Shown: positions 1 through 8,095 of the stretch, in pieces
Numbering within the stretch: position 1 is the stretch's first letter
Layout: every line of letters starts with the position of its first letter
Origin: an uncultured delta proteobacterium
GTDB lineage: Bacteria > Desulfobacterota > Binatia > DP-6
Reading direction: 5' to 3'
Assembly (NCBI GenBank): GCA_963815115.1
Contig: CAWFFN010000007.1
Span: 384,001-448,000 of the forward strand
DNA length: 64,000 bases
Notes under the pieces: generated by a model
Database searches by the model: none
What the model was told of the DNA's origin: nothing
The model's input: the letters and a program-made list of their open reading frames with translations, nothing else
Made by a program: the position numbers and the translations under genes

Positions 1-516
1 ACCATGGACGGTGACGGCACGTATCCGCCGAACTCCATCCCGCTGCTGCTCCACGTGCTGCTGGAGGAGAAGATCGACTTCATGAGCGCGCGTCGCTGGC
101 GGTCGAAGAACGACAAGTCGAAGAGTCCCTTGCGGCTGCTCGGGAACGCGATCCTGTCGAGCGCCACCATGGTGCTGTTCCGCCGCTTCCTGATCGACTC
201 CCAGTCGGGGATGTGGATCTTCCGGCGGGATGTCCTGCAGCGCATCCGGCCGGAGAGCGACGGCATGGCGCTGTCGCAGGAGCTCAAGATACTCGCCTTC
301 ACCCATCCCGAGGTGCGCTGTCTCGAGATGCCGATCTACTACGGAGAGCGCGTCGGCGAGAGCAAGCTGAACCTGTGGCGCGACGGGTTCGGCAACCTGA
401 TCGCGCTCGGCAAGCTGCGCCTCTCGCTGGGCCGCCGCCGCCGGGCGGCCACCGTGACGCCGCTGCCCGCCCGCGAGGACGAGGTCCCCGAGCGCCGGGC
501 GTCGCAGGCCCCCTGA
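1..516 (+). CDS. GT2 family glycosyltransferase (DPM1-like), 5'-truncated by window edge
   Basis: DGDGTYP DxD motif, DSQSGM and ERVGESKL motifs typical of polyprenol-phosphate GT2 C-terminal half; N-terminus lies outside the window. Confidence 0.8.
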   Translation, partial: TMDGDGTYPPNSIPLLLHVLLEEKIDFMSARRWRSKNDKSKSPLRLLGNAILSSATMVLFRRFLIDSQSGMWIFRRDVLQRIRPESDGMALSQELKILAFTHPEVRCLEMPIYYGERVGESKLNLWRDGFGNLIALGKLRLSLGRRRRAATVTPLPAREDEVPERRASQAP

Positions 517-520
517 GCCC

Positions 521-1105
521 ATGGCCCTCTGCCTCGCGCATGCGACCGCGGGGTATCTGGCCTACGAGGCGCTGCGACCCGCGGGGCCGCACCGGCCCGT
601 GCTCCTCGCCGGGGCACTCGTCATGGCCAATGCCCCGGACCTGGATTTCCTCCCCGGCCTGCTGGTGGGCGTGCCGGTGGCGTACCATCGCGGCGTGACC
701 CACACCCTCGGCGCGCTCGCCGTGGTGTCCGTCGCCGCCTGGGCGGTGGCACGACTGCTGCGGTCACGAAGCGCGTGGTGGTGGGGGCTGGCGGCGGGCG
801 CCGCCTACGGCAGCCATCTGCTGGTCGACTGCCTCACCGTCGATGCCATCCCGCCCTATGGCATCCAGCTGCTCTGGCCCCTGACGGGCGCCTGGCTGCA
901 CGCGCCCTTCAGCCTGTTCGGCGAGATCATCGTCGACCAGTCGGGACGGGCGGCCTTCCTGCACAGCCTGCTCACGCCGACCGCGCTCGTCGTCTGGGGC
1001 CGCGAGGTGGGTCTGGCCCTCGCCGCCGTCGCGGCGGTACACGCCCTGCGCGCGGTCCGGGCGGTGGTCACGGTCCCGGTCGCCGACGAGTCGCTCGAGC
1101 CATGA
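521..1105 (+). CDS. Membrane-bound metal-dependent hydrolase (YdjM-like)
   Basis: H...PDLD...HRGVTH...SHLLVD motifs with hydrophobic helices. Confidence 0.8.
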   Translation: MALCLAHATAGYLAYEALRPAGPHRPVLLAGALVMANAPDLDFLPGLLVGVPVAYHRGVTHTLGALAVVSVAAWAVARLLRSRSAWWWGLAAGAAYGSHLLVDCLTVDAIPPYGIQLLWPLTGAWLHAPFSLFGEIIVDQSGRAAFLHSLLTPTALVVWGREVGLALAAVAAVHALRAVRAVVTVPVADESLEP

Positions 1106-1650
1106 TCTGGTGGGCGGCCTATCTCGTTCTCGTTCTGGTGCTCTTCGTCCGCGTCGTTCCGCCCGGTACCATGGCTCGCCTCCCGCTGCGGCCGGCACCC
1201 GACGAGCCGTTGCGTCTCGTGACGGCGCATCACGCGCTCTTCTATGCCATCCTCCTCGGCGCGCCCCTGGAAGCACTCGTGCTGGGCGGAGCAGCCTCCG
1301 GCCGCTGGCTCGGGGTGGTTCTCTTCGCCGCCGGGGTGGCAACGTATCGTCTCGCCGGACGGGCGCTCGGCGAGGCGCTGTCACCGCTGGTCTCGCCACG
1401 GCCGGGCGTGGCGCTCGTGACCTCCGGACCGTATCGCTACCTGCGCCATCCCATGTACATCGGGCAGGCGCTCATCGCGGCAGGGGCGCCCTTGACGCTG
1501 GGCTGCCGGTGGGTCGTGTGGCTCGCACTGCCGGCGCTGATCGTCCTGGGCATCCGCGCCGCCTCCGAGGACGCGGCCCTGGCGCGTGCCTTTCCGGGCC
1601 ATGGTGGCTGGGCGGCCCGGACGAAGCGCCTGATTCCCTTCGTGTTCTGA
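1102..1650 (+). CDS. Isoprenylcysteine carboxylmethyltransferase/PEMT family membrane protein
   Basis: ATG 1102 overlaps upstream stop (ATGA); LVTSGPYRYLRHPMY motif; several TM helices. Confidence 0.8.
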   Translation: MIWWAAYLVLVLVLFVRVVPPGTMARLPLRPAPDEPLRLVTAHHALFYAILLGAPLEALVLGGAASGRWLGVVLFAAGVATYRLAGRALGEALSPLVSPRPGVALVTSGPYRYLRHPMYIGQALIAAGAPLTLGCRWVVWLALPALIVLGIRAASEDAALARAFPGHGGWAARTKRLIPFVF

Positions 1651-1677
1651 CCGGCCTGCCAAGATGGCCTGCGAAGA

Positions 1678-1706
1678 TTGCCACCCCTGACGAACTCGGC
1701 TAGACG
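1678..1706 (+). promoter_or_regulatory. Putative sigma70-type promoter of the cobW-peptide-dehydrogenase unit
   Basis: TTGCCA-N17-TAGACG. Confidence 0.5.
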
Positions 1707-1721
1707 AACGTACCCCTCGCC

Positions 1722-2669
1722 ATGCACACCGTCGCGGTCGACATCCTGACGGGCTTTCTCGGGAGCGGAAAGACCACTCTGCTGCGGCACGTGCTCGACC
1801 ACGGCCTGCGCGGCAAGCCGGTCGCCGTCATCATGAACGAGATCGGCGAGATCGGCATCGACGGACGCGTGATCACCGGTCTGTCGGCCGTCGAGACCAT
1901 GGTGGAGCTCTCGAGCGGCTGCATCTGCTGCACGATCGACGACTATCGCTTCGACCTGGCGGTGCAGGAGATCGTCGAGACCACCCGACCGCATCTGATC
2001 ATCATCGAGTCGACCGGCCTGGCCGATCCCGAACCACTCGCGTACCGGGTGAAGGGGGCGGGCCTCGGCCTGGATGCGATCATCACGGTGGTCGACGTGC
2101 ACGACGGGCCGCAGCACCTGCGCGAGACCGAGGTGGCGGGTCGGCAGGTCGAGGCCGCCGACTTCCTCGTGCTGAACAAGCTGGACCTGGTCGACGAGCG
2201 TACCGCGGACCGCGTCGAGCGCCAGCTCGCGCGGCGCAATCCGCGCGCCGAGCGCTTCCGGACGGTGCGCGGCGCGATCGACAGCGACGTGCTCTTCGCC
2301 ACCGGCGTGGCGGCGTTTCGCGAGCGCGCTCGCCAGCCTGCCGGCGACCATCTCCACGCCGACGGCTTCGGGAGCTTCATCTACCGATCCGAGCGCCCGC
2401 TGGACCAGCGGCTGTTCGAGCGCCTTCTCGGTCGCCTGCCGCGAGAGGTGGTCCGCGCGAAGGGCATCGTTCGCTTCGCGGGCCGCGACTGGCAGTGCCT
2501 CTTCAACGTCACCTGCGGGCGGTACGAGCTCTCGTGGGTGAAGCTGCCGGAGGTGGCGGAGAACCAGGCGGTCTTCATCGGTCGCAACCTCGGTCGGCAC
2601 GAGAACGCCCTGCGGGCCGCGCTGGCGGCCTGCGAGGCTGCCGACGAGAGGAGCAGCAGCCATGCATGA
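1722..2669 (+). CDS. COG0523/CobW-family P-loop GTPase metallochaperone
   Basis: GFLGSGKTT Walker A, NEIGE, GCICC metal motif, ESTGLADP, NKLD, C-terminal CobW_C (RAKG). Confidence 0.9.
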   Translation: MHTVAVDILTGFLGSGKTTLLRHVLDHGLRGKPVAVIMNEIGEIGIDGRVITGLSAVETMVELSSGCICCTIDDYRFDLAVQEIVETTRPHLIIIESTGLADPEPLAYRVKGAGLGLDAIITVVDVHDGPQHLRETEVAGRQVEAADFLVLNKLDLVDERTADRVERQLARRNPRAERFRTVRGAIDSDVLFATGVAAFRERARQPAGDHLHADGFGSFIYRSERPLDQRLFERLLGRLPREVVRAKGIVRFAGRDWQCLFNVTCGRYELSWVKLPEVAENQAVFIGRNLGRHENALRAALAACEAADERSSSHA

Positions 2670-2793
2670 ACGTCCAACGGACCGGCCCGACACGCCGCCG
2701 GCAACGCCCTCGAGCCCCCCGGACACCGGTTACACCGAAGACGAGGAGGCCGAGGTCCGCAAGCGGCTGGAGGACCTCGGATACGTCGAGTAG
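2662..2793 (+). CDS. 43-aa microprotein MHERPTDRPDTPPATPSSPPDTGYTEDEEAEVRKRLEDLGYVE (stand-alone RLxxLGY tail)
   Basis: Below the ORF-track length cutoff; GAGGAG SD 8 nt upstream; start overlaps cobW end; C-terminus aligns without gaps to the C-termini of the enzymes at 4567-6426 and 6437-8095. Confidence 0.8.
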   Translation: MHERPTDRPDTPPATPSSPPDTGYTEDEEAEVRKRLEDLGYVE

Positions 2794-2826
2794 GGACGTC
2801 CGGGGTCTGCCGCGAGGAGATACGTC

Positions 2827-4125
2827 ATGCAGGAGCTGATCGAACGGATCGAGCGTCGCACCGTGCGCTGCGGTGTGATCGGGCTCGGCTACGTGGGGCT
2901 GCCGCTCGCCCTGGAGTTCGCCAAGGCGGGGTTCCACGTCGTGGGCATCGATCTCGACGAGCGCAAGGTGCAGGCGATCCGGGAGGGACGCTCCTACATC
3001 GTCGACGTGAGCGACGAGGAGATCGCCGGGCCGGTCAGGGAAGGGAAGTTCTCGGCGACGACGGATTTCTCGGTCATCTCCGAGCTCGACACGATCAACA
3101 TCTGCGTGCCGACGCCGCTCCGCAAGACGAAGGATCCCGACCTCACCCACGTCGTGGCGGCCGTGAACGAGATCCGCAAGCATCTGCGTCCGGGCCAGCT
3201 GGTGATCCTGGAAAGTACCACGTATCCCGGTACGACCGAGGAGGTCGTCCGCCCCGCACTCGAGGGGTCCGGTCTCGAGGTGGGCCGGGACTTCTGCCTG
3301 GCGTTCTCGCCCGAGCGCATCGATCCCGGGAATGCGAGCTTCCACACCCGCAACATTCCGAAGGTCGTCGGTGGAGTGACGGCGCGCTGCACGCAGGTCG
3401 CGAAGCGGCTCTACGAGGCGTCCGTGGACACCGTGGTGCCGGTGTCGTCGACCCAGGTCGCGGAGATGGTGAAGCTCCTCGAGAACACCTTCCGGAGCGT
3501 CAACATCGGGCTGGTGAACGAGATCGCGCTGATGTGCAGCGCGCTCAGGATCGACGTCTGGGAGGTCATCGAGGCGGCCAAGACCAAGCCCTTCGGCTTC
3601 ATGGCCTTCTACCCGGGTCCGGGGCTGGGCGGGCATTGCATCCCGATCGATCCGTTCTACCTGTCGTGGAAGGCCAAGATGAACGGCTTCGACGCCCGCT
3701 TCATCGAGCTGGCGGGCCACATCAACGAAAGCATGCCTCGCTTCGTGGTCGAGCGCGTCACCGACGCGCTCAACCGGCACCGCAAGAGCATCCGCGGGTC
3801 GCGCATCCACGTGCTCGGGGTCGCCTACAAGGCGGGGGTGAACGACATCCGGGAGTCCCCCGCGCTGAACGTGATGAAGATCCTCGCCGACAAGGGCGGG
3901 GTCCTCTCGTACACCGATCCCTACATCCCCATGGTGCACGAGGAGGGCCTCGAGTTCGAATCCGTTCCGCTCGAGGCCGCCCGGATGAAGGCGGTGGATT
4001 GCGTCGTCATCCTGACCGCGCATCGGGAGATCGACTATGACCTGGTGGTGCGGACGGCGCCGTTGATCGTGGATACGCGCAACGCCCTGCAGGGCTACGA
4101 CGGACCCAACGTGATCCGGCTCTAG
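2827..4125 (+). CDS. Nucleotide-sugar (UDP-GlcNAc/ManNAc-type) 6-dehydrogenase, WbpA/WecC-like
   Basis: GLGYVGLP Rossmann, ICVPTP, ESTTYPGTT, KLLENTFR, GGHCIPIDP catalytic Cys; GAGGAG SD. Confidence 0.92.
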   Translation: MQELIERIERRTVRCGVIGLGYVGLPLALEFAKAGFHVVGIDLDERKVQAIREGRSYIVDVSDEEIAGPVREGKFSATTDFSVISELDTINICVPTPLRKTKDPDLTHVVAAVNEIRKHLRPGQLVILESTTYPGTTEEVVRPALEGSGLEVGRDFCLAFSPERIDPGNASFHTRNIPKVVGGVTARCTQVAKRLYEASVDTVVPVSSTQVAEMVKLLENTFRSVNIGLVNEIALMCSALRIDVWEVIEAAKTKPFGFMAFYPGPGLGGHCIPIDPFYLSWKAKMNGFDARFIELAGHINESMPRFVVERVTDALNRHRKSIRGSRIHVLGVAYKAGVNDIRESPALNVMKILADKGGVLSYTDPYIPMVHEEGLEFESVPLEAARMKAVDCVVILTAHREIDYDLVVRTAPLIVDTRNALQGYDGPNVIRL

Positions 4126-4231
4126 CGGGGGTGGGCGTCAGCGGCGCGTGTACGCGGTGGCGATTTGGGCGGGCGTGTGTATAGTGCCGCCGGGGAGCGG
4201 CACGTTGCGCGTCGCTCCGGGGAGCGAGCCG

Positions 4232-4489
4232 GTGAACCTGAAGCGCCGAATTCTACTCGAGTACCGCAAGGTCTATGACGCCGCACCGGACGCGCCGTAC
4301 CTGCACGCGCGCGACGGCCTGCCGGACCGCCTCGGGCTCCCTTTCGACTCGATCGCGGCCGAGGTGAAGGAGCTCGAACAGGGACGCTTCCTGCACTGGA
4401 AGGCCCAGGACCTGTACAAGCTCTCTCCGCGTGGCATCCGCGTCACCGGGAACCAGAGCGAGCTCGATCTGGAGTTCCCGGAGTCCTGA
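4232..4489 (+). CDS. Hypothetical 85-aa protein, possibly winged helix
   Basis: GTG with GGGGAG SD; codon usage is gene-like; 'VKELEQGRFL..YKLSPRG' resembles a wHTH wing; TATAGT -10 at 4180-4185. Confidence 0.6.
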   Translation: MNLKRRILLEYRKVYDAAPDAPYLHARDGLPDRLGLPFDSIAAEVKELEQGRFLHWKAQDLYKLSPRGIRVTGNQSELDLEFPES

Positions 4490-4566
4490 CGCGTCGAAGC
4501 GCGCGCAGCTTCGAACGTCAAATCGGCTGGTGACCACGGCAGCGAAGCGAAGGGGACGGTAGGCGC

Positions 4567-6426
4567 ATGAGTCTACGGCCCGTGGGGGCGGGAATCGCCG
4601 GCGGACTGCTCGCCGGTGCCGCCGTCGGCCTCGTCGAGGCGCTGGTCTCCTGGCTGGGCGCGCACGGCGCCGGCGAGCTGCCGCCGATCGGCTGGGCGCT
4701 GGTGGTCTATGGCATGGTGGGAGCGGCCGGCGGGTTCGGGGCCGGCGTTCTGGCCGCGCTGCTGCGCGGCGACGGCTTCGGACTCGCGCTGGGAGCCGTC
4801 GGCGCAGGGCTCACCTTCGTCGTCGCGCGCTTTCGCATCATCCGCGACGTCTTCCTGGAGCAGCTTCCGCAGGGACCGCTGCCGAAGGTCCTCCAGGCGG
4901 CGGGCTTGCTGCTGGCGGTCGTGCTCGCGTTCCTGCTCTGGCGCGCGCTGCGCGGGGCCGACGCGCGGCGACGCTGGCCGACCCGGCCGCTTCCGGCGGC
5001 CGCCCTCGTGGCCCTGCTCGCAGCGCTCTGGATGCTCACGGCGCGGCTGTTGCCACATCCCGCCCCGCCCGCGCCGCCCGCGCACGCGGCGGCCGCCGCC
5101 GGGGCACCGAGCGTTCTCCTCGTCATGGTCGACACGCTGCGTGCCGATCATCTCTCCGCCTACGGCTATGGCGGCGGCCGGACCCCCCACATCGACTCCC
5201 TGGCCGCCGACGGCGTGCGCTACGCCCACACCTTCGCGCAGGCGTCCTGGACGCGCCCCTCGGTGGCGACGATCCTGACCGGTCTCTACCCCTCCTCGCA
5301 CGGTGCGGTGCACAAGGCGGACATGCTCCCCGACCGGGTGGACACGGTGGCGGAGGTGCTGGCGCGCGGCGGCTACTACACCGCCGGCTTCGCCGACAAC
5401 GTGAACGTGTCGCCGAGCTTCGGCTTCGGCCAGGGCTTCGCCGACTACCGCTACCTGGCGCCCGACCTGTTCTTTCACGCCAGCGAGCCGGCGGCGCAGC
5501 TGACCCTCTACAGCGGGCTTCGTCTGGTGCGCGAGCGCTTCCTGGCGCGCCGGGTGGACGTGCACAACTACTACCAGCCGGCGGAGGTCGTGACCGACAC
5601 CCTGATCGAATGGCTCGACTCGCCCGCGGCGAAGCAGGGGCCCTTCTTCCTCTTCGCCCACTACATGGATCCCCACGACCCCTACTTCGTGCACCCGTTC
5701 AACGGCGAGGGGTATGCGCGTGTCGCCAATCCCAACCCGCCTGCCAGCGTCGCGGACAAGTACCGCCAGCTCTACGACGGCGGGATCGCCTACCTCGACG
5801 AGCACCTCGGGCGGCTGTTCGCGGACCTCAAGCGCCGCGGCCTCTACGACCACATGCTGATCGTGCTCACCGGCGATCATGGCGAGGAGTTTCACGAGCA
5901 CGGCGGCTGGTGGCACGGGACCACCCTGTACGACGAGCAGATCCATGTCCCGCTCATCATGAAGCCTCCCGCGGGCGGCGCGCGCGGGCGCGTCGTCGAC
6001 GAGCTCACGACCAGCCTCGACATCACGCCCACCATCATCAAGACGGCGGGCCTGGCGGTGCCGCCGGTCATGCAGGGACATCCGCTCCCGCTCGACGGAG
6101 GGACGCCCGAGAAACGCGACAGCGTGTTCTCGGAAGAGGACCTCGAGGGGAACATGCTGCAGTCGGTGCGGACGAACTCGTCGAAGCTGATCACGGCCAA
6201 CCCGGGCAACCCGCGCGGGCTCCAGCCCGAGGAGCTGTACGATCTGAAGACCGATCCCGGCGAGCAGCGCAGCCTGGTCGCGAGCGAGCCGAACCTCCTG
6301 GAGGAGCTGCGCGCGGCCTTGGGCCGGTCGTATCTCGAGGCGCGCGCTCATGCCGGCGCGGGTTCGCAGACCGACGTCGACAGCGTCACCAAGGACCGCC
6401 TGCGCGCGCTCGGCTATCTCAAGTGA
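4567..6426 (+). CDS. Membrane-anchored sulfatase-like hydrolase/transferase (alkaline phosphatase superfamily)
   Basis: About 5 N-terminal TM helices; DTLRADH, SWTRPSVATILTG, YMDPHDPY, GDHGE motifs; ends DRLRALGYLK. Confidence 0.85.
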   Translation: MSLRPVGAGIAGGLLAGAAVGLVEALVSWLGAHGAGELPPIGWALVVYGMVGAAGGFGAGVLAALLRGDGFGLALGAVGAGLTFVVARFRIIRDVFLEQLPQGPLPKVLQAAGLLLAVVLAFLLWRALRGADARRRWPTRPLPAAALVALLAALWMLTARLLPHPAPPAPPAHAAAAAGAPSVLLVMVDTLRADHLSAYGYGGGRTPHIDSLAADGVRYAHTFAQASWTRPSVATILTGLYPSSHGAVHKADMLPDRVDTVAEVLARGGYYTAGFADNVNVSPSFGFGQGFADYRYLAPDLFFHASEPAAQLTLYSGLRLVRERFLARRVDVHNYYQPAEVVTDTLIEWLDSPAAKQGPFFLFAHYMDPHDPYFVHPFNGEGYARVANPNPPASVADKYRQLYDGGIAYLDEHLGRLFADLKRRGLYDHMLIVLTGDHGEEFHEHGGWWHGTTLYDEQIHVPLIMKPPAGGARGRVVDELTTSLDITPTIIKTAGLAVPPVMQGHPLPLDGGTPEKRDSVFSEEDLEGNMLQSVRTNSSKLITANPGNPRGLQPEELYDLKTDPGEQRSLVASEPNLLEELRAALGRSYLEARAHAGAGSQTDVDSVTKDRLRALGYLK

Positions 6427-6436
6427 CGCACGTGCC

Positions 6437-8095
6437 GTGAGCGCGCGACTGCTGGTGATCGGGCTGGACGGCGCGACCCTGGATCTGGTCGCGCCCTGGG
6501 CAGCCGCCGGTGACCTGCCCGTGCTCGCGCAACTGATGGCGACCGGCGCGTGGGGCCCGCTGCGCTCGACCGTGCCCCCGGCGACCTTCCCCGCGTGGAC
6601 GTCCCTGGTCACCGGCGTCAACCCGGGCCGGCACGGCGTCCTCGACTTCGTCGAGCGCGTGCCCGGGACCTTGCACGTCCGCTTCGTGAACGGGAGCCAG
6701 CGGCGGGCGCCCGCCCTGTGGTCGCGCCTGTCGGCAGCAGGGCGGCGCGTCGCGGTGCTCACCGTTCCGGCGACCTATCCTCCCGAGCCGGTGAACGGCG
6801 TGATGGTGAGCGGGTTCGACAGTCCGGTGACCAGCGCGATCGACGGCTCCTTCGTGTTCCCGCGCGCCTTCCACGCCGAGGTGGAGCGGCTGGTCGGACG
6901 GGTGCCGTTCGCGGACTTCCAGGAGGTACGCACCGGCCGCCGCTGGCACGAGCGAGCGCGGGCGAGCCTGCTGGACGGCGTCGAGCGGCGCGCGACCTTG
7001 ACCGAGGCTCTCCTGCGCCGCGAGCCCTGGGACGCCTGCATGGTGGTGTTCGGCGAGTCCGACACGGTGGCGCACCACTTCTGGCGCTACCACGATCCCG
7101 GGTCGCCACGGCACGCCCCGGGGAAGCACGCCGATGCCATCGCCGCGGTCTATCGAGCGCTCGACGCCGCCATCGGACGCCTGATCGCGGCGGCGGGTGA
7201 GGCGACCGTCGCCATCGTCTCGGACCATGGCAGTGGAGGCGCGGGCGACCGGGTGGTTCATCTGAACCGCTACCTCGCGTCGCAGGGCTTCCTGGGGTTA
7301 CGTGCGGGTGGGAGCGTGGCGCGGGCCGCGCGGCGCCTCGCGCTGCGAGCCGTCCCGTTCCGGCTTCAGGGCTCGCTGCTGCGACGCCTGCCGGGCGCTG
7401 CCGGCCGGCTCGAGGGCGGGGCGCGTTTCGGCGGGATCGACTGGGCGCGTACCGCCGCGTTCTCGGAAGAGCTCGACTACCACCCGAGCGTGTGGATCAA
7501 CCTCGCGGGGCGCGATGCGCACGGCACGGTCGCCGCCGCGGACTACGAACGGACGCGGGACGCCGTGGCGCAGGCGCTCACCCGCTGGCACGACGGCGCG
7601 GGCATGCCGGTGGTCGAGCGGGTGTGGCGGCGCGAAGAGGTGTACCGGGGACCGGCGACCGAGCGGGCGCCGGACCTTCTCCTCGAGCTTGCCGCGCCAG
7701 ACGGCTACAGCCAGTCCTGCCTGCGCAGCGCGGGACCGGGGCCGGCGCTGCGCCGCCTGACGGCCGCGGAGCACGGCGCAGGGAAGGGCGGCGGACTGAA
7801 CGGCACCCACCGGTCCGACGGCCTCGTCGTGCTCTGCGGACCGGGCGTTCGCCGGACGGCGATCGAGGACGCCCACATCGTCGACGTGCTGCCCACGCTC
7901 CTGACGCTCGCGGGCATGCCGGTCCCGGCGGGACTCGACGGCCGGTGCATCGCGGCGGCGCTGACGAGCGCGACGCGCTACGAGCCCGATCCGCTCCTGG
8001 AGCGCGAGCGGCAGCCGGTGCCCTACGCCGAGGCGGAAAGCCGGGAGATCGCGACCAGGCTCGCCAGCCTGGGGTACCTGGAGCCGGCGCCCTGA
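6437..8095 (+). CDS. Alkaline phosphatase superfamily protein (type I phosphodiesterase/nucleotide pyrophosphatase-like)
   Basis: IGLDGAT, STVPPATFPAWTS..TG.NPG.HG, SDHG, GTHR.DG motifs; ends RLASLGYLEPAP; GTG start 6437. Confidence 0.85.
   Translation: MSARLLVIGLDGATLDLVAPWAAAGDLPVLAQLMATGAWGPLRSTVPPATFPAWTSLVTGVNPGRHGVLDFVERVPGTLHVRFVNGSQRRAPALWSRLSAAGRRVAVLTVPATYPPEPVNGVMVSGFDSPVTSAIDGSFVFPRAFHAEVERLVGRVPFADFQEVRTGRRWHERARASLLDGVERRATLTEALLRREPWDACMVVFGESDTVAHHFWRYHDPGSPRHAPGKHADAIAAVYRALDAAIGRLIAAAGEATVAIVSDHGSGGAGDRVVHLNRYLASQGFLGLRAGGSVARAARRLALRAVPFRLQGSLLRRLPGAAGRLEGGARFGGIDWARTAAFSEELDYHPSVWINLAGRDAHGTVAAADYERTRDAVAQALTRWHDGAGMPVVERVWRREEVYRGPATERAPDLLLELAAPDGYSQSCLRSAGPGPALRRLTAAEHGAGKGGGLNGTHRSDGLVVLCGPGVRRTAIEDAHIVDVLPTLLTLAGMPVPAGLDGRCIAAALTSATRYEPDPLLERERQPVPYAEAESREIATRLASLGYLEPAP

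Noticed and set aside
2495-2839. 114-aa ORF spanning the cobW-dehydrogenase gap
   Set aside because: Off-frame and mostly overlapping cobW; the SD-supported 2662-2793 frame carries the conserved motif
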